The notes: a model not told the origin generated them from the letters alone. 63,777 nt of DNA, filler included, from Reticulomyxa filosa (GCA_000512085.1; 26 parts of 26 records of this genome joined end to end with filler, not necessarily neighbours in it), one strand, 5' to 3'; numbered from the whole stretch's first letter, positions 37,812-51,780 are shown. Program-made: numbers and translations.

Positions 37812-38457
37812 GTTTTTGATGAAACTCAGCAATGAGACAGTAACAATTGAACTAAAAAATGGAACAGTTGTGGATGGCACAATTACAGGAGTTGATATGG
37901 CTATGAATACACATCTGAAAGTAAGTTTTTCAACTCTTTTTTTTTTGAAACATACTTTCAATATTTTCCACTAAACAACCACAAAAAGAAGTTATTTTTA
38001 TCCGCTCCAAGAAAAAAAAAAAAAATACAAACAAACACAGTAACGATAACAAAAAAACTAATTCAGAAAGTTAAAGTAATGGTACGTGGAAAAAAATCCT
38101 GTTCCGATGGAGACATTATCTATACGTGGCAGTAACATTCGATATGTTTTGTTGCCAGAATCATTAAATCTTGACACATTATTGGTTGATGATACACCAA
38201 AGCGTAAGTGTACATTTTTAAATACACTAATGAACGAAGGACAAAGAAGGAAGGGGGCTTTAAAAAAACTTCGCGTAATATCGCAACATTTTTTTTATTT
38301 TGTTGGAAAATTCAATAAACACAAAATATACAGCCAAATCAAGCAAGGACCGTTTACGTAGCAGTAGAGGTACTCGTGGAGGAAGAGGGCGTGGTCGTGG
38401 TCGTAGAGGTGGGCCACGTGGCGGAGCACGAAGAAATCGCAAGGAAAGAGAGGATAG
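37812..38457 (+). CDS. SNRPD1: Small nuclear ribonucleoprotein Sm D1, first exon missing
   Basis: [18 protein letters not shown]...[11 protein letters not shown] | ...[26 protein letters not shown] | RG-rich tail. Confidence 0.95.
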
Positions 38458-39277
38458 GGATTGATGCCATTAAATATTTCAAAAAAAACATTTTGAAAAA
38501 AACAAACGTTTGCAAATCTTTTGGTATGCAAAAAGTTATGCTCTCTTTTGCTGCAAAAAGAAATTAATTGTCTTGAAGAGCGATAAGTCTTTTTTTAAAA
38601 AATTTTTCATGGTTTATCTTCACAAATTAATATCACCACTCTCAATGGTGGTTGATGTTCAAATTTTTGTGAACGTCAAAACAAAAAAGGGAAACAAACG
38701 AAAAGCCTTGCTTGTCAACAATTTAATTTTTTGTTGGTCTGTTTTACATCCCTCTGGAATGAAGCGCTTGGTTATTTTCTTCTCTCTGTGTGTGAGATTT
38801 TGTTTTGTCCAACAATTTAATAGTTTCAATTTCCATCAAAACAACTCAAAACGTTTTTTCCCTAGCTCCTTGCTTACAAAAATTTCCAAAAAAAACACAA
38901 TGTTCTTAATATTTTTTACAGACAGAACATTTCATAAACCTAAAAGATAGTATTTTTAAAAAATTTTTTCTTTTGAAAGGACAAAAATTTCTTGACGTAG
39001 TGATTTTTAGAGCAGAAATGTCACAATGAAAATAAATTTAGACAAAATATTGTCACATGTCAACAAAAGCGAATCTTTCATTTGAAGGCAAACACGAAAA
39101 ACGACACAAAACAAGTTTATTCAAACAAAAAAAAAAATCAAAAAAAAATTTGGAGGGAAAAAGAGTCCAACAGAAGAAAAAAAGATGAGTAGAAAGAAGA
39201 ACAGACGGATTCCCCTCACTTGCATGGTATAGTGAGGTGTCTCCATAAAGAACACGAATAGATGAATGAGCCGGATA

Positions 39278-41998
39278 TCAAAAATCATTCCACCATTCAT
39301 GTGAAGATTCGTTGGCGGTATCCACTGGTTCTTCCTCAATCGAATAATCTGCTAAATATCGAAAACAACTTGGATCTTTGTTATTTCGAAGTACAGGAAC
39401 TTGAGGAGGTGTTGCTGTTTGATTTTCGATTCCTTCCCAGCCTCGGGTTAGTTTCTGTGCAATGTCGCATCAATCAAAAAAAAAAAAGAGGTGAATTGAT
39501 TTGTGATAATTTGTTTTCTTTAGTTTCAAGCATGAAGAGTGTCGCATCAATAACAACAACACATGCACAAAGATGTATACCTGGAACCATTTGTGATTTT
39601 TGACAGCCTGAACTCCAGTCGCGCCAATTCCACTACCTAAGCGTTCATGTTGATCTTTTTGTAGCAAGAGAGTGACAAGGTCTTTAAACTCGTTGGAAAG
39701 AGACAAGTTGGAAGGGAAAGAGACACTTTCTCCCAAAATACGATCAAACAAGGTGGAGGGACTGTCTTTGTGACTAGGTTGCGGTTTGTCAAAGGGTGAA
39801 TACCCGCAAACCATTTCATAAATGAAAATACCCATACACCACCAATCCACGCCAAACCCCTGTCGGCAGCCGTTGATAACTTCCGGTGCCAAGTACTCGC
39901 GAGTGCCACATAAAGAATTGCTTTCATTACGAATTTTGGCAAATCCGAAATCTGTCAATTTGCAATATCCATTGAAACAAACCATCACCTGTTGAATTTT
40001 TATTTAGCGATCAGTATACATTTGCTCCATGTCCAACTAAAACACAAAATGAACTGACAACAAACACACAAAACGTTTTCAGGTTTTAAATCTCGATAAA
40101 TGACATTACGGTCATGCAAATATTCAAAAGCCAAGATCACATTTGCAGCGTAAAAGCAAGCATTGGCCTCCGTAAAATGTTTGTGGAACCGAATGTATTC
40201 ATACAACTCTCCACCCAAGCACAGCTCGAGCAGGAAATATACACATTTGGCGTCTTTAAAAGTGGCGTACAATTTGACCAAAAAAGGGGAATTGGAGGCA
40301 CTCAGCACCATTTTTTCATTTCGAATATGTTGCTGTTGGCGGGTTGCAGTGACTCGGGACTTGCTAATTTTCTTCAATGCAAAGTATTGTACATCGTCGC
40401 TAGTTTGTCCCGACTTGGATTTCACTGCGACCAGCGACACGCGTCCAAATGCTCCTACTCCTAAGAGCGCAATTGTTTCCAAGTCTTCCGGAGTGCAATC
40501 CACACAATTCTTGAACGCCTTCGACATCGTCTCCATGTCTTCCTTCACGTCCACACTCGCCTTTTCATTCCGAAGCTCCTCTTTCTCCCCACCTTCGGAT
40601 CCTTTCCACATGTCGGGAAGCAGTCTTTCCAAATCCTTTCCAGAGATGGCCAGGCAAATGCAGTCATTGGTCGTGGCTTTCACTCCAAAAAAAAAAAAAA
40701 AAAAAGTTACGTACATATATGTGTATATACATATATTTGTATACGTATATATGTATTTATGTAATTAATTATACATCACAAAATTATATGAGGATACACA
40801 ATGAAAACGAAAAGAATAGTGTAATGTGAAAATGCTGACAGTATTTACCAGTGCAATCAATGATCTTAGTGATGGAGGACATCCACTGAATGCCAAAGGC
40901 GTCGGATATCCCAAAGTGTCGAACCACTTGTGTGGAGTTACGATAGGCGCAGCACTCTCCCTTTTGGACAATGTAAACGTATTGCGCGTGATCACCTTCG
41001 CGCACAATGATTTGGCCGTCTTGGAAATGAAACCTCGTGCAAGCGTAGCTAATGCTGCGAAAGTCAAACTGGCTCTCAGGCTGCTGGAACAAGGGCACCG
41101 TTTTCAAAAACTCCATGCGCTCACGAGTCTCTTCCGCGTGAATGCTTTGCAGCTTCTCGCGGATTTTCAAGTATTTTTCATAATCCAAGATCCACACGCG
41201 ACAGCAGCCTTTTGGAGGATGGTTACGACATTGTACATCTCCGTTCTCCACTTCTGTGCCCAATGTCGATGTCGATATCGATGTCGAGATAGATGCTCCC
41301 GAGTATTGAGAAGTCGGTGTTGTTGTTGTCGTTGTTGTTGTTGGTGTTGGTGTTGTCGTTGTCGTTGTCGTTGGCGTTGTTGCTGTTGTTGCTGTTGTTG
41401 TTGTGTCGGTCTTGTCGATTGCACGATAACTGTAGTGATGAGTCTTGCTCACAAGCAACACCTCGGCATCGGCCAGGATGTCCATTGGCTTCAATTGTTT
41501 GGTTACTCTTGGCATTGCAAAAGATTGTGGTTCATTTTGCAAAGAGCGCGATTTAATCGATTCGTTTTTGTCGTTGTCGTTGTCATTGTCGTCGTCGTTG
41601 TTGTCATCGTCAGTAGCTTTGCCATTGCTACGACTTTGAGTATGTGTCGATTGCAGCAACTCCCCCATTTCAAATCTCTTTTCCTCTTCTTTCTCTTCTT
41701 CTTCTTCTTCTTCTTCTTCATTCTTTCCATTCTTGTTATTATCCTTATCATTTTTGATCGCGTCCGTACGTAGTCTTTTGTTGCCACGGGGGGTGTCCAC
41801 TTGCATCTCTGTCTCTTCGATGCGCTCGAACCAACCATGTTCAATGACAATGAATGCGTGCGACTTCTCACCCTGCTTAATTACGTACTCTCCAAAAGGC
41901 ACGTCCACCCGATACATGTATTTCACTGTCGTGCCGAGTGCCACTTCGCGTTGTTGCGGCGAAAAGTCGCTTTCAAGCCACGGTTGTTTGTCCATCAC
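39278..41998 (-). CDS. cGMP-dependent protein kinase (PKG)-like: cNMP-binding domains plus AGC kinase, 5' truncated
   Basis: YVIKQGE and IVREGD cNMP domains; LGVGAFGRV, FALK, YRDLKPEN, DFGFAK, CGTREYLAPE; last exon ends WWNDF. Confidence 0.88.
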
Positions 41999-42007
41999 TT
42001 TTCTTAA

Positions 42008-42047
<40 letters not shown>

Positions 42048-43989
42048 NNNNNNNNNNNNNNNNNNNNNNNNNNNNNNNNNNNNNNNNNNNNTTAATTAAT
42101 TAANNNNNNNNNNNNNNNNNNNNNNNNNNNNNNNNNNNNNNNNNNNNTAAATGGACAACTCATAAATGTTTATTAAAAAAGATGTAAATTTACAATTTTT
42201 TGGAATATTTTCACATTTTTTACAAAAAAATTTGAAAAAAATAATTATTAAAATTTTTGTATTGTATTTCTACAATTGTGATTCCAAAAAATGGATTAAT
42301 TCAAAAAATTGAAAATTAAAATTGTTTTTTTTGAATGATTAATTATTTTTCATTGAGTAATGATTTTTCTATTGAAGAGAAAAAGATTTCCTTTTTAGAA
42401 AAAACTCTCTTGGACATTACAACTATTGTTTTAGCTATTCTCTTCAAAGAACCCAACAAAGCAACTTCTACAACATGGAACTCGCTCTTGAGGGTTCCTT
42501 CACAAATACTCTCCTCTGCAAAGTGCAACAGTTACCGAAAAAGAAAGAAAATAATCAGTGTGTACCCAATACACTCAAAACAAGAACATCATTCGAAAAA
42601 AAGATGCTGTCATCACGGCCAAAACAAATACGCTTTCCTATTGTAGTCTCTCCTGACATTGGCAACATTCAGGGTGCGTTGTACATCTATCTTCACAGTC
42701 AAGAGAAGATATCAATTTTTTTGTTATTTCATCCAATCTATTTAGCAGGATCACGTTTTTATGTATTTTTTTTATCACTTCATTGTGATCAATCTGATTT
42801 CAAAACATACATTGAATCCAGAATATTCGTTATCTTATAAAAAAGGATTTAGAAAAACAAGGCATAAAAAAGTTGGCAATGAGTCAACTTGGAGTGAAAT
42901 TGAAAAGTTCTTTTTTTTGGAATTATCATCAATGGAAAAAATATCTGATACAGAACACAAGAAATCACAGGTAAATGTATACACAATCAATCCAATGATA
43001 AATCTTCAGCATTAAAAAATCGACTTGCTGCCATTGCAACAAAAAACATTTAAGCAAAATTATAATTTCTGAACATTCCAGTGGTGGGAATCGGATTAAC
43101 AAACATAACCTTTTTTTTTGTGCAGATGATAACAAAGTAGTTGCTAAGGGGGGNNNNNNNNNNNNNNNNNNNNNNNNNNNNNNNNNNNNNNNNNNNNTTA
43201 ATTAATTAANNNNNNNNNNNNNNNNNNNNNNNNNNNNNNNNNNNNNNNNNNNNAAAAAAAAAAACAGATCAATTTCTCCCTTTTTTTTTCTTCTTTGCAA
43301 AGAAAACAGTGAGAGAGCACTATTACTTTTGTTTCAAAAGCTCTTCTGGCGTAATAGCCGATACTTTTGTTTGATCGGATGTTGACATGTCCTTCTCCTT
43401 CGGATGAGAGGTTACAATTTGATTTTGAGACATGAGTAGAGCTTTTCGCTTGAAAAGTTTACATCCCGTTTGTGGGCTTCTTGTTCTGTAGTGCAAAGTC
43501 TTGTTACCAAGGTGATAGTCAGAGTCTTTCTTTGTGTAAAAATTGAAATAGAAGTATAAGCAAAACGCAACATAGCTCATTATTACTAGAAATGTTTTTT
43601 TATTGCTCAAATCATCAATAAAAATTATTTGCCAGTGTAAATTTCATTAAAGACACTAAAATCAAACAAATTCAACATTTTTGTCTTTTTTCAGATTATG
43701 AAAAAAGATTGCTGAAACGATTTTTTTTGAAAATATAAATTATCCCCAAATATGGATTGGCTCTTTTTTAAAACTACAACACAAATTGAAACTATAATCA
43801 TTTTTTGTGTTGTTAGCATCATCTTCTTGCCTTTTTAATTTTAGAAACTTAAGACATAATATTCCATCATCTTCTTTGATCATGAAGCTATTTCTTATTT
43901 GATCGAATATTATCGAATGATCCAGAGCATATTACATTAGAATTATACATACTATTCTTTATTACAAATGGTTAATATTCAACAGCTTT

Positions 43990-44640
43990 AATATAATTTT
44001 TATGCCAATTGAACACTTGAACTTGTTGACCGAACGAATATCCCATAAGCGAACACTTTTATCATGTGATCCAGTATTACAACCACTAAATACTGACACA
44101 TGATGCATATTTTACATATTCAACCCAATTGTGGTGTTCTTTGATACAATCAATCGTTTGGTTTTTTAAATATACTATATTCGAATGGTTTTATCACCTG
44201 ATCCAGAACAAATGGTATCCATTACCACTAATCACATAATACAATTACTTTTATTATTATCATTATTATTGTTATTGGCTTGTAATGGTGAAAAGGCCAC
44301 ACAACAAACAACATCATTGCGTTCTGGATTTGATGATGAAACTATTTGTTTATGAGATATTGAAACATCCAATCCATTAAGTATTTTTAATGAACATAAA
44401 TATCGCCCACCACTAAATGGTAAAAATTCAATACTATTAACGCAATCAATGTGTTCTTTAAATGTTTAAAATTGCTTATTATGTTTGAAATCCCAAAACG
44501 AATGGTTTTGTCATCTGACGAAGAACAAATAATATTACGATTATGATAATATTAAGATGAAAACTTCACACAACATACAGCGTCTGAGTGTCAGTTGAAT
44601 GATTGGATTGGATTTGTTTCTTTATTCTTCATCCAAATTA
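43990..44640 (-). pseudogene. WD40-family pseudogene carrying an internal inversion
   Basis: Decayed [27 protein letters not shown] and [13 protein letters not shown], paralogous to 26662-27400; stops and frameshifts. Confidence 0.8.
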
Positions 44641-44662
44641 TATAGGACATTCACCTGATATA

Positions 44663-44790
44663 CAGTAGGTTGCAAAGAAAACTGAACGCCTAAAACGATA
44701 TCATATGATGATAATTGATTTTTCATGGAGAAAATCAATTATCATCATATGATATCGTTTTAGGCGTTCAGTTTTCTTTGCAACATAATG
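44663..44790. mobile_element. Tc1/mariner-type MITE, near-perfect palindrome with about 60-bp arms, TA-flanked
   Basis: TA-CAGTAGGTTGCAAAGAAAACTGAACGCCTAAAAC...GTTTTAGGCGTTCAGTTTTCTTTGCAACATAATG-TA. Confidence 0.9.
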
Positions 44791-44799
44791 TATATTTTT

Positions 44800-45750
44800 T
44801 TCTTGTAGTGTAATGGATCCTACTGCATGCTCAACAATGAACGCGCGCATCATTTGTAATAAGTGCCAATGTTTATGTGCAATAGCATTGCTAAACGCAC
44901 ATATCGATGCTCAGGTACCTGCAATTGCTTTTATGGTACCCATTTCTTTAGTGTACAATTCGATTACAATTTTATCAGGTTTTTCAATTACTTTGCCAAC
45001 AACAAGCATTGGAAGTACTCGCTATTTTCTTGATCTGACTGCTGTTCGATTACATATACTTTATTTCCATCGAAAATTTGATATGTAGCCTTTCGTGCTA
45101 ACAGTTGTCTTTGCCAACTTTGAAAATTATCTCTGAATCCGTTGAAGATATAGCGAAAGCGACCCGATTGTTCCATTGCCAACTTTATTACATCGTGGTC
45201 CATATGGCGAATATCCAGATCTGTTCTAACATCATTTCGCGATTACACCACAAAAGCTGCTCACTCAATATCTGTTTGGTCGCAGTAATACCGAAATCTG
45301 ATTTGTAGCATAATTTAACATCATCTTTGTCTTGATGTTTTTGCTATGCATAATTTGTGGTCCTTTGTGCTCCAAAGTCTTGTTAATTTCTTGACCTGAT
45401 CGACAATTGTTTCTTCAATGCTAGTTGATCATTGACGTCAGTGCAAATGAGTGACGCCATTTCAATGTTACTCTGTCTGTTCTTATCTTGCATTTCAACC
45501 TGGTTTTCAATAAGTGATACACCCAAGTTTAGCTTTGTTGGTACACATGATTGTTCATCGATCGTGTTACTTGTTCTTGAACGCATACTTTTGCAATGTG
45601 CTGATAACCGTAACTTGAAGACAGCTTCTGATTCGTTATGTCTGGCCATTTCACCTATTTCTAACAGTTTTTGTTTTAGCATTTGATGATTCATCTTTGT
45701 AATTTCATCTTCACTCGGCAATGTATTTCCAGATTGAGCTGATGTCATTT
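44800..45750 (-). pseudogene. Decayed ORF with SAP-like N-terminus and possible SWIM-like Cys cluster (possible transposon relic)
   Basis: TKMNHQMLKQKLLEIGE...EAVFKLRL is SAP-like; downstream frames are broken with Cys clusters. Confidence 0.3.
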
Positions 45751-46541
45751 TTTTTTGTTCGTTCGCTAATACAGTGGGTGCAAAATGTTGGACGTCTGCT
45801 GATAGTATTAGTGCACTAAGTGTAATACGATATGTGTTTAATAAGAAGATAAGAGGGGTTTTCGTAAAATGAAAGTAGTTTAAATAATAAAACAAAACAA
45901 CAAAAGGAAAGTAAGAAAAATAAGAAAGTGAGAAGTAAGTTTGTTGATGAAGTTTAACCTACTGTGGATTCCTCATTCCCTTGACGTTCGGATAATTATA
46001 ATATTGACTTGCCCTACAAAATATAAAATAGTTCGATAATGAGCAAAGTTCAAAGCCGAACAAAAAATACAACTGAAAGCAAAGAACAAGATATGCATCA
46101 ATGCAAGTAAAGTACAATTATGTAGACAAAAAACAGTATATAAAGCTGTAGGAGAAGCTCCTATAAAGTAAAAGGGGCTGATGAGCCCCCGGTGGGTTAA
46201 ACTTTCCCAACTCTTCACACAACCTTTATTGTGTGCCCAGACTTTTTCATTTTTGATATATGTGTCCTTCGTTACCAGAAAGCATTCGTGCCACAATTGC
46301 TTTTGGTCCAAATGCATTGACCAGCGCAAATACTGCGCTGTGAAATGTTTTTTGATACTATTCATTTGTGATCCCNNNNNNNNNNNNNNNNNNNNNNNNN
46401 NNNNNNNNNNNNNNNNNNNTTAATTAATTAANNNNNNNNNNNNNNNNNNNNNNNNNNNNNNNNNNNNNNNNNNNNTTAGCTTCATTAAAAACGGAAGCAA
46501 CAAAAAAATCGGCACAAGTCTATTTATTTTTAAAATTACTA

Positions 46542-47660
46542 CTAGTAAAGGCCACTAGTAGTGGTTGTCTGTTGTGAGTATTGTTGTTGTTGATTATAAT
46601 CATAGGGTTGCTGCTGGACAACGACAACGTTTTGTTGTTGTTGGACTAAGCCTTTTTTCGCGTTAATAATAGTTTGCGCATTGTTCAACAAGATGGCTTC
46701 ACTTTGGACTGTATACGTCGGGTTTTGTTGTTTTAAGGCTGCATATGTTCCAACCAAGGAAGAAGCATTGTATTCCATTGCCAAACTCAAAGTTTGTCCC
46801 CTTGCTTGAGCATTCGGATCAGAAGAGGTCTGGTATTGTACGATTAGTGATCGTAATTCTTGTTCAGCAAGCTGGTTCGGGTTTATGACCGTTTGGATAA
46901 TCACATTACTAGAAAATTGATCAGCACTTCCACAGCGTATTGCATGATTTGGACGATTTGCATCTAACCATTCCTTTATCTTTACCACAAAATCACTTGC
47001 ACGTGCCTGGCTACTATTATTGCCCACTAATCGTGTTGCACCGTTCGCAAAATGCAATGTCGTATCGTAAGAGTATGATGTTGATGCTGTGTACGTACAT
47101 TTATATTCAAAAATTAAATCTTTTCATAAAAAAAACTTCTCTTGAAAACATGGAAAAACTAAACTTGAAGAGAATCCGTTGTTGTTGGTACGTCTGGTTC
47201 TTGATATACGAAGAGTGATAAGAACAGCAGTTAATTGTGACAACTTTCCTGGATTAATCTTTCGGAAAAACATGTTGAAGAAATATCCCTCAATTATATA
47301 CACTTCATCAATGCTTGGATTAAATACAAGCCATCCTATATACGTGTATATGTATAGGTACACATATTTATTAAAGCAATTTTTGCCAGGTCGCAAAATT
47401 GCACTAAAAAAAAAAACAAACATTTTTTGTTTCAAACGTAACTCCCGCCAACTGCAACAAGGATTAGTACACCAACAACAATCAGGATAATAGGAACAAT
47501 TATAGCAGCCCCAGCGGCAGGAGTATTTGAGACAGCTACACAAATACCAGCCCCAATTAACACAAAAATGATGCCTATGATCGCACCTGGTGGCCATACG
47601 AAATACTGAAAAACAACTTCGCCTGATAGGCCTTCATATGTACGACACATCGCCAATAAC
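46542..47660 (-). CDS. Hypothetical membrane protein: two TM helices, a beta-rich domain and a Q-rich tail; multi-exon
   Basis: GAIIGIIFVLIGAGICV and AAIIVPIILIVVGVLILV, followed by further exons. Confidence 0.55.
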
Positions 47661-48759
47661 ACTTAACAGTGACAAAAAAACAAACAAACAAAAAAATGGT
47701 TCTGATCCCTGGACTTTATTTTTTAAAACTCACAATATAATATATTATAATACAATTGTATATATATTCAAAAATAACAAATAAATAAATAATATGTATA
47801 ATATATTGAATTTATTTTAATATATTTAATACATTTAAGTTATTCTCAATATCAAAGTTTATTTTTACAAAAAGTTTTTGTATTACAATTTGGTTTTCAT
47901 TGAAGTTTTTTTTTCTTCTTCATTAAAAAAAATTGTTAAAATCATTCCAAATTTAATGAACAAAAATAACTCTCATTTGGATCGAATATATTTTAAAATT
48001 GTAAATTTTCAAAATCACTATTACGATTTTTTTTAAATAATTTATAACTACATTTATGAAGTATATATCTTCAGCAATACGGGAATATAAAAATTACATT
48101 TTTAAACTTTGAAAACAAGAAATGACAAAAATGATATTAAATCTGGAACTAGATGATTTAAAACAAGAGGAAATTGTTCAAGTAGCGTATGACAAATCTA
48201 ACAAAAACAAGTGCCAAAAAGTACTGCAAAAATGCTTATTTGAGAAAACATTGCGCACTCAAAATAGCACAATTTACACAGCTTGAAAGACATGAGTATT
48301 TTTTAAATTTTTTTATTTGTACGTTTTAATTTTGTTTTGTTATAGTTTTTTTTGTGATATTGAAAAACAAATAAACATATCAAAATCATCAACCCCATCA
48401 TTGAAAATATTGTCGATTCTTTTTTGCAAACTACTGAAAATAAATAATAAAATATGCAAGTCAATATCATTTTCTTATTGTGCTTTAAAACATATTAAAA
48501 GCAAAAGTGGAAAAATTGGAAAAAGATAAAAAGATAAATAATGAGCGTCTTTGTTTTTTTAAAAAAATGTGTCCTATCTTACTCAAATTCAAACAAACAT
48601 TGTTAAATTCTATTCGAAGTGTTCCTGGTAACTTTCGTCTTAAGAGAAAAGTTTAATCATTTTTTCATTCAAGATAAAAAAACTGAAAAAATGATCACTC
48701 ATGGAAAAAAAAACGATCTTCATTACAGCTAACTTTGGTAAACTTCATACGATCTTTTA

Positions 48760-49095
48760 GAAAATTAGTTTTGATTCCAATTAATTATTCAGCATTGAAT
48801 TCGAATATTAAGGATTAAACTAGGATGGATTAATGAGTTTGATAAAATTGTTAATTATGTTATATTTTTTTTTGCATGATAATCAATATATTTAAATATT
48901 TATTTTATATACAGGCAAATGCATTCTTCATCTTTGATAATTTTCATTCATCATCCAAATTACTCAAAACTTTCACTGAGCATAAAGGTAGTGTGAATAG
49001 TATTGACCTTTTAGCATTTGGTGGTAGTCAATTACTTTGTTCTGGATCAGATGATAATACAGTTAGTGTATGGGATGTCGAAAATAACAAACAAA
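48760..49095 (+). pseudogene. 5' relic of the WD40 family with the IIQxxIRxLxIKLGWINEFDKIV module
   Basis: IRILRIKLGWINEFDKIVNY, then [12 protein letters not shown]...LCSGSDDNTVSVWDVE; truncated, with a stop. Confidence 0.7.
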
Positions 49096-49242
49096 GCTTT
49101 CTGTACACTGATACAGAGGAGAAAATGTTTTAATGTGACCAGAAAACTCCACAAAATTTGTGTTACAGAAAGGTTCGACAACGCGCAGTAAAGAAGTGTT
49201 TAAAATAAACGGGCGCCATTGGTATAAAAATTCAATAAAAAG

Positions 49243-49865
49243 ATGAGTTATCGCCGTGCGCTTATTCGTGAAATATATGGCAAGAGAGCTTCGGAACGGA
49301 AGCATGGCTTTTCGTTCAGAGATCTTGAACGACCGTCAAACAAAGAGTTCTTCCGTACGTATGATTTTCTTTTGAAGGCCACAGTCACCTTGTGTCGAGA
49401 AGGTATGCTTTGCAATACATTGCAAAAAGATCCATTTTGTCTTTTTTTAAAAAAAAGAATACACAATGTTGTTTTTGAAACTCATTGACAGGAAGCCTTG
49501 CACCAAATACATTGGCATTTCGAGTGCCAATGAATTTTAGCAAACCAATAATTCAGACATATTTTGAGCAATTGTATGGAATGGAAGTAGTAAATGTGAA
49601 TACGGTAAATATTGATCCTTCAGTTGTAAAATCGGATAACCCTCACATCAAAGGAAAGAAAAAAGGATGGAAAAAGGCATATGTGACTTTCACACAAAAG
49701 TATGAAATGGATTGGTCTGCCTATGAGGGAGCACCCGCTTTATTGTTCAATGTTGGACAAAAGAATGACGCAAAAAAGAAGGCCAAAGAAAAACAGGAAA
49801 CTAGTGCCACAAAATCTGCCGAAAAACCAAAGGACATTATTTCCACCACTAGCAGAAGTGTGTGA
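49243..49865 (+). CDS. Organellar (probably mitochondrial) ribosomal protein uL23, two exons
   Basis: LAFRVPMNFSKPIIQTYFEQLYGMEVVNVNT...GWKKAYVT; basic N-terminal extension. Confidence 0.8.
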
Positions 49866-50466
49866 AAAATCATTCTCAAAACTTTTTCCAACATCATCAT
49901 TTTTCTTTTATTATTATCCATTACTTTTCCTCCCTCCTTATTAAACACAAGTTTATTTAAGCGGATGCTTTTTTTGAATCTTTCAAAAGTGTACCAAAGT
50001 GCAAATTTCAACGGAAAGGTTCACAGAACTTTGTAAAACCAAATCAAATAAACTGAATGGTCAGTGTCAGTAAGCAAAGAATCAAACTTAATTCAATTCA
50101 TTGTTCTTATATTTTTCAAGCACAAAAAGAGCTTAAATCGCAAGGTGCATCAAATTCAACCTGGTGATGATATCAAAGTGTGTGTAGCAAATACAAACTT
50201 GCCGTGTTGTACCAACGAGTGATAGAGTAGGCCAAGCTTTGAACTTTTACTTTAAGTAATGCTCTCTTTTTTTTTAATTGGATGCTGACTTTTGGAAAAT
50301 GAAGCACTGGAGAAAAAAAGAAAGAGTGAGAGGAAAACAAAAAAATAAGAAAACAATAATGCAATTAAGACAAAAAGCCATTCACAGATCAACTCAAGCT
50401 ACAATAAAATGAAGATAAAAAACAACTGAAATTGAAGGGTGAGGCCCTTGGATGCAGAGAACTTAT

Positions 50467-51337
50467 TTATTTTTTCTTTCGTCGTTTTGCATTGGCTTTT
50501 CGTTTTTTGTTTCTTTGAAACTCTTTGACAAAGTTCAGCATTTTTTTGATTTTTTTGCGATCAGAACGTTTTTTTTCGGCTTTGTCAATGGCTGCGTTTT
50601 TGGTAGTAATTTTGGGTAGCTTTTGATGAGTCACGAAATCATGGATCATTTCTTCAACCGTGTTGATAGGCTTTTGAATCCCATTTTCCAAATTTGTTTC
50701 TTTCATTTCGTTTTCAAATGTTTTTTGCACTTCTTCGAGCAAAGCAGCATTTCGGTCCACAACACTGGGGATGGATGTAATCACCGTTGTTACCGTCTCA
50801 TCATTTTCGTATTGACTACGCTGCTTCGATCGCAAAGACGTGTCACTTTGCGATTTTTCGGGGTTGTGATCTGAAAATGGTGCACCGAATATCATTGTGT
50901 TCCATTCGTCGGTGTCGTTTTGTTCGTCAGGCATATCTACATCATTTGTTGGCTCTGCATTTGTGTCTTCTTCTAAAAACTCGTCCACCGGATCACTTAA
51001 ATAACCCGCAGCTATCAATTGCTCATTTTCTTCTCTCTTTTTCTCTTGGCGGGCTTCTTGTTTTTGTTTTTGTTGCAAATACAATAACTCACGTGCTGCT
51101 TTCACTCTTCTTTGCTCTTTTCGGCGCCGAAATCCTGTCAAAAAGTCACTACCGTTGACTCATTTTATTTTATTTTGGTTTCATTTTTTTAAGTGATATT
51201 TTTGTTGGTTGCCCCTTTCTAGCTTGTTTGGATTTTTATTTAAAACAAACATACATTCGTGCTTTTTCGTCAAAACGCACTTCAAACGGCCGCTTTATAC
51301 GAGTTGGCTGTTTCTGGGATTTCTTCACACGGGGCAT
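50467..51337 (-). CDS. Nop25/RRP17/NOL12-family nucleolar protein, two exons
   Basis: Spliced FEVRFDEKARIDFLTGFRRRKEQRR; TTVITS; K/R-rich C-terminus. Confidence 0.8.
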
Positions 51338-51780
51338 TCAGATAATGTTTTTTAAAATGACAAAGGAACCCCCAGTTGCCAGAACCCAAACTTTTTCAGT
51401 ACTAAGTTTTCACTTTGTCACTTCTTTTTTCAAAAACTTGGCGAGTGACAGCGAATTGAACTTGATAACTATTGTTGAATAATATTTAATTTTTTTAAGA
51501 TTTGCTCTCGATATTTCGACTAAAAATATATTTGGATCTCAGTGATTTGTGCATATTATGAAACAATTTTTGTAATATCAATGACAAATTTTAGAGAAAT
51601 TTTCTAGTGGATTGTATTGGACGTTTGACATTCTAGTATTATCCACATATTCCGATTATTTTGTCATAAGAAGTTGGCATNNNNNNNNNNNNNNNNNNNN
51701 NNNNNNNNNNNNNNNNNNNNNNNNTTAATTAATTAANNNNNNNNNNNNNNNNNNNNNNNNNNNNNNNNNNNNNNNNNNNN

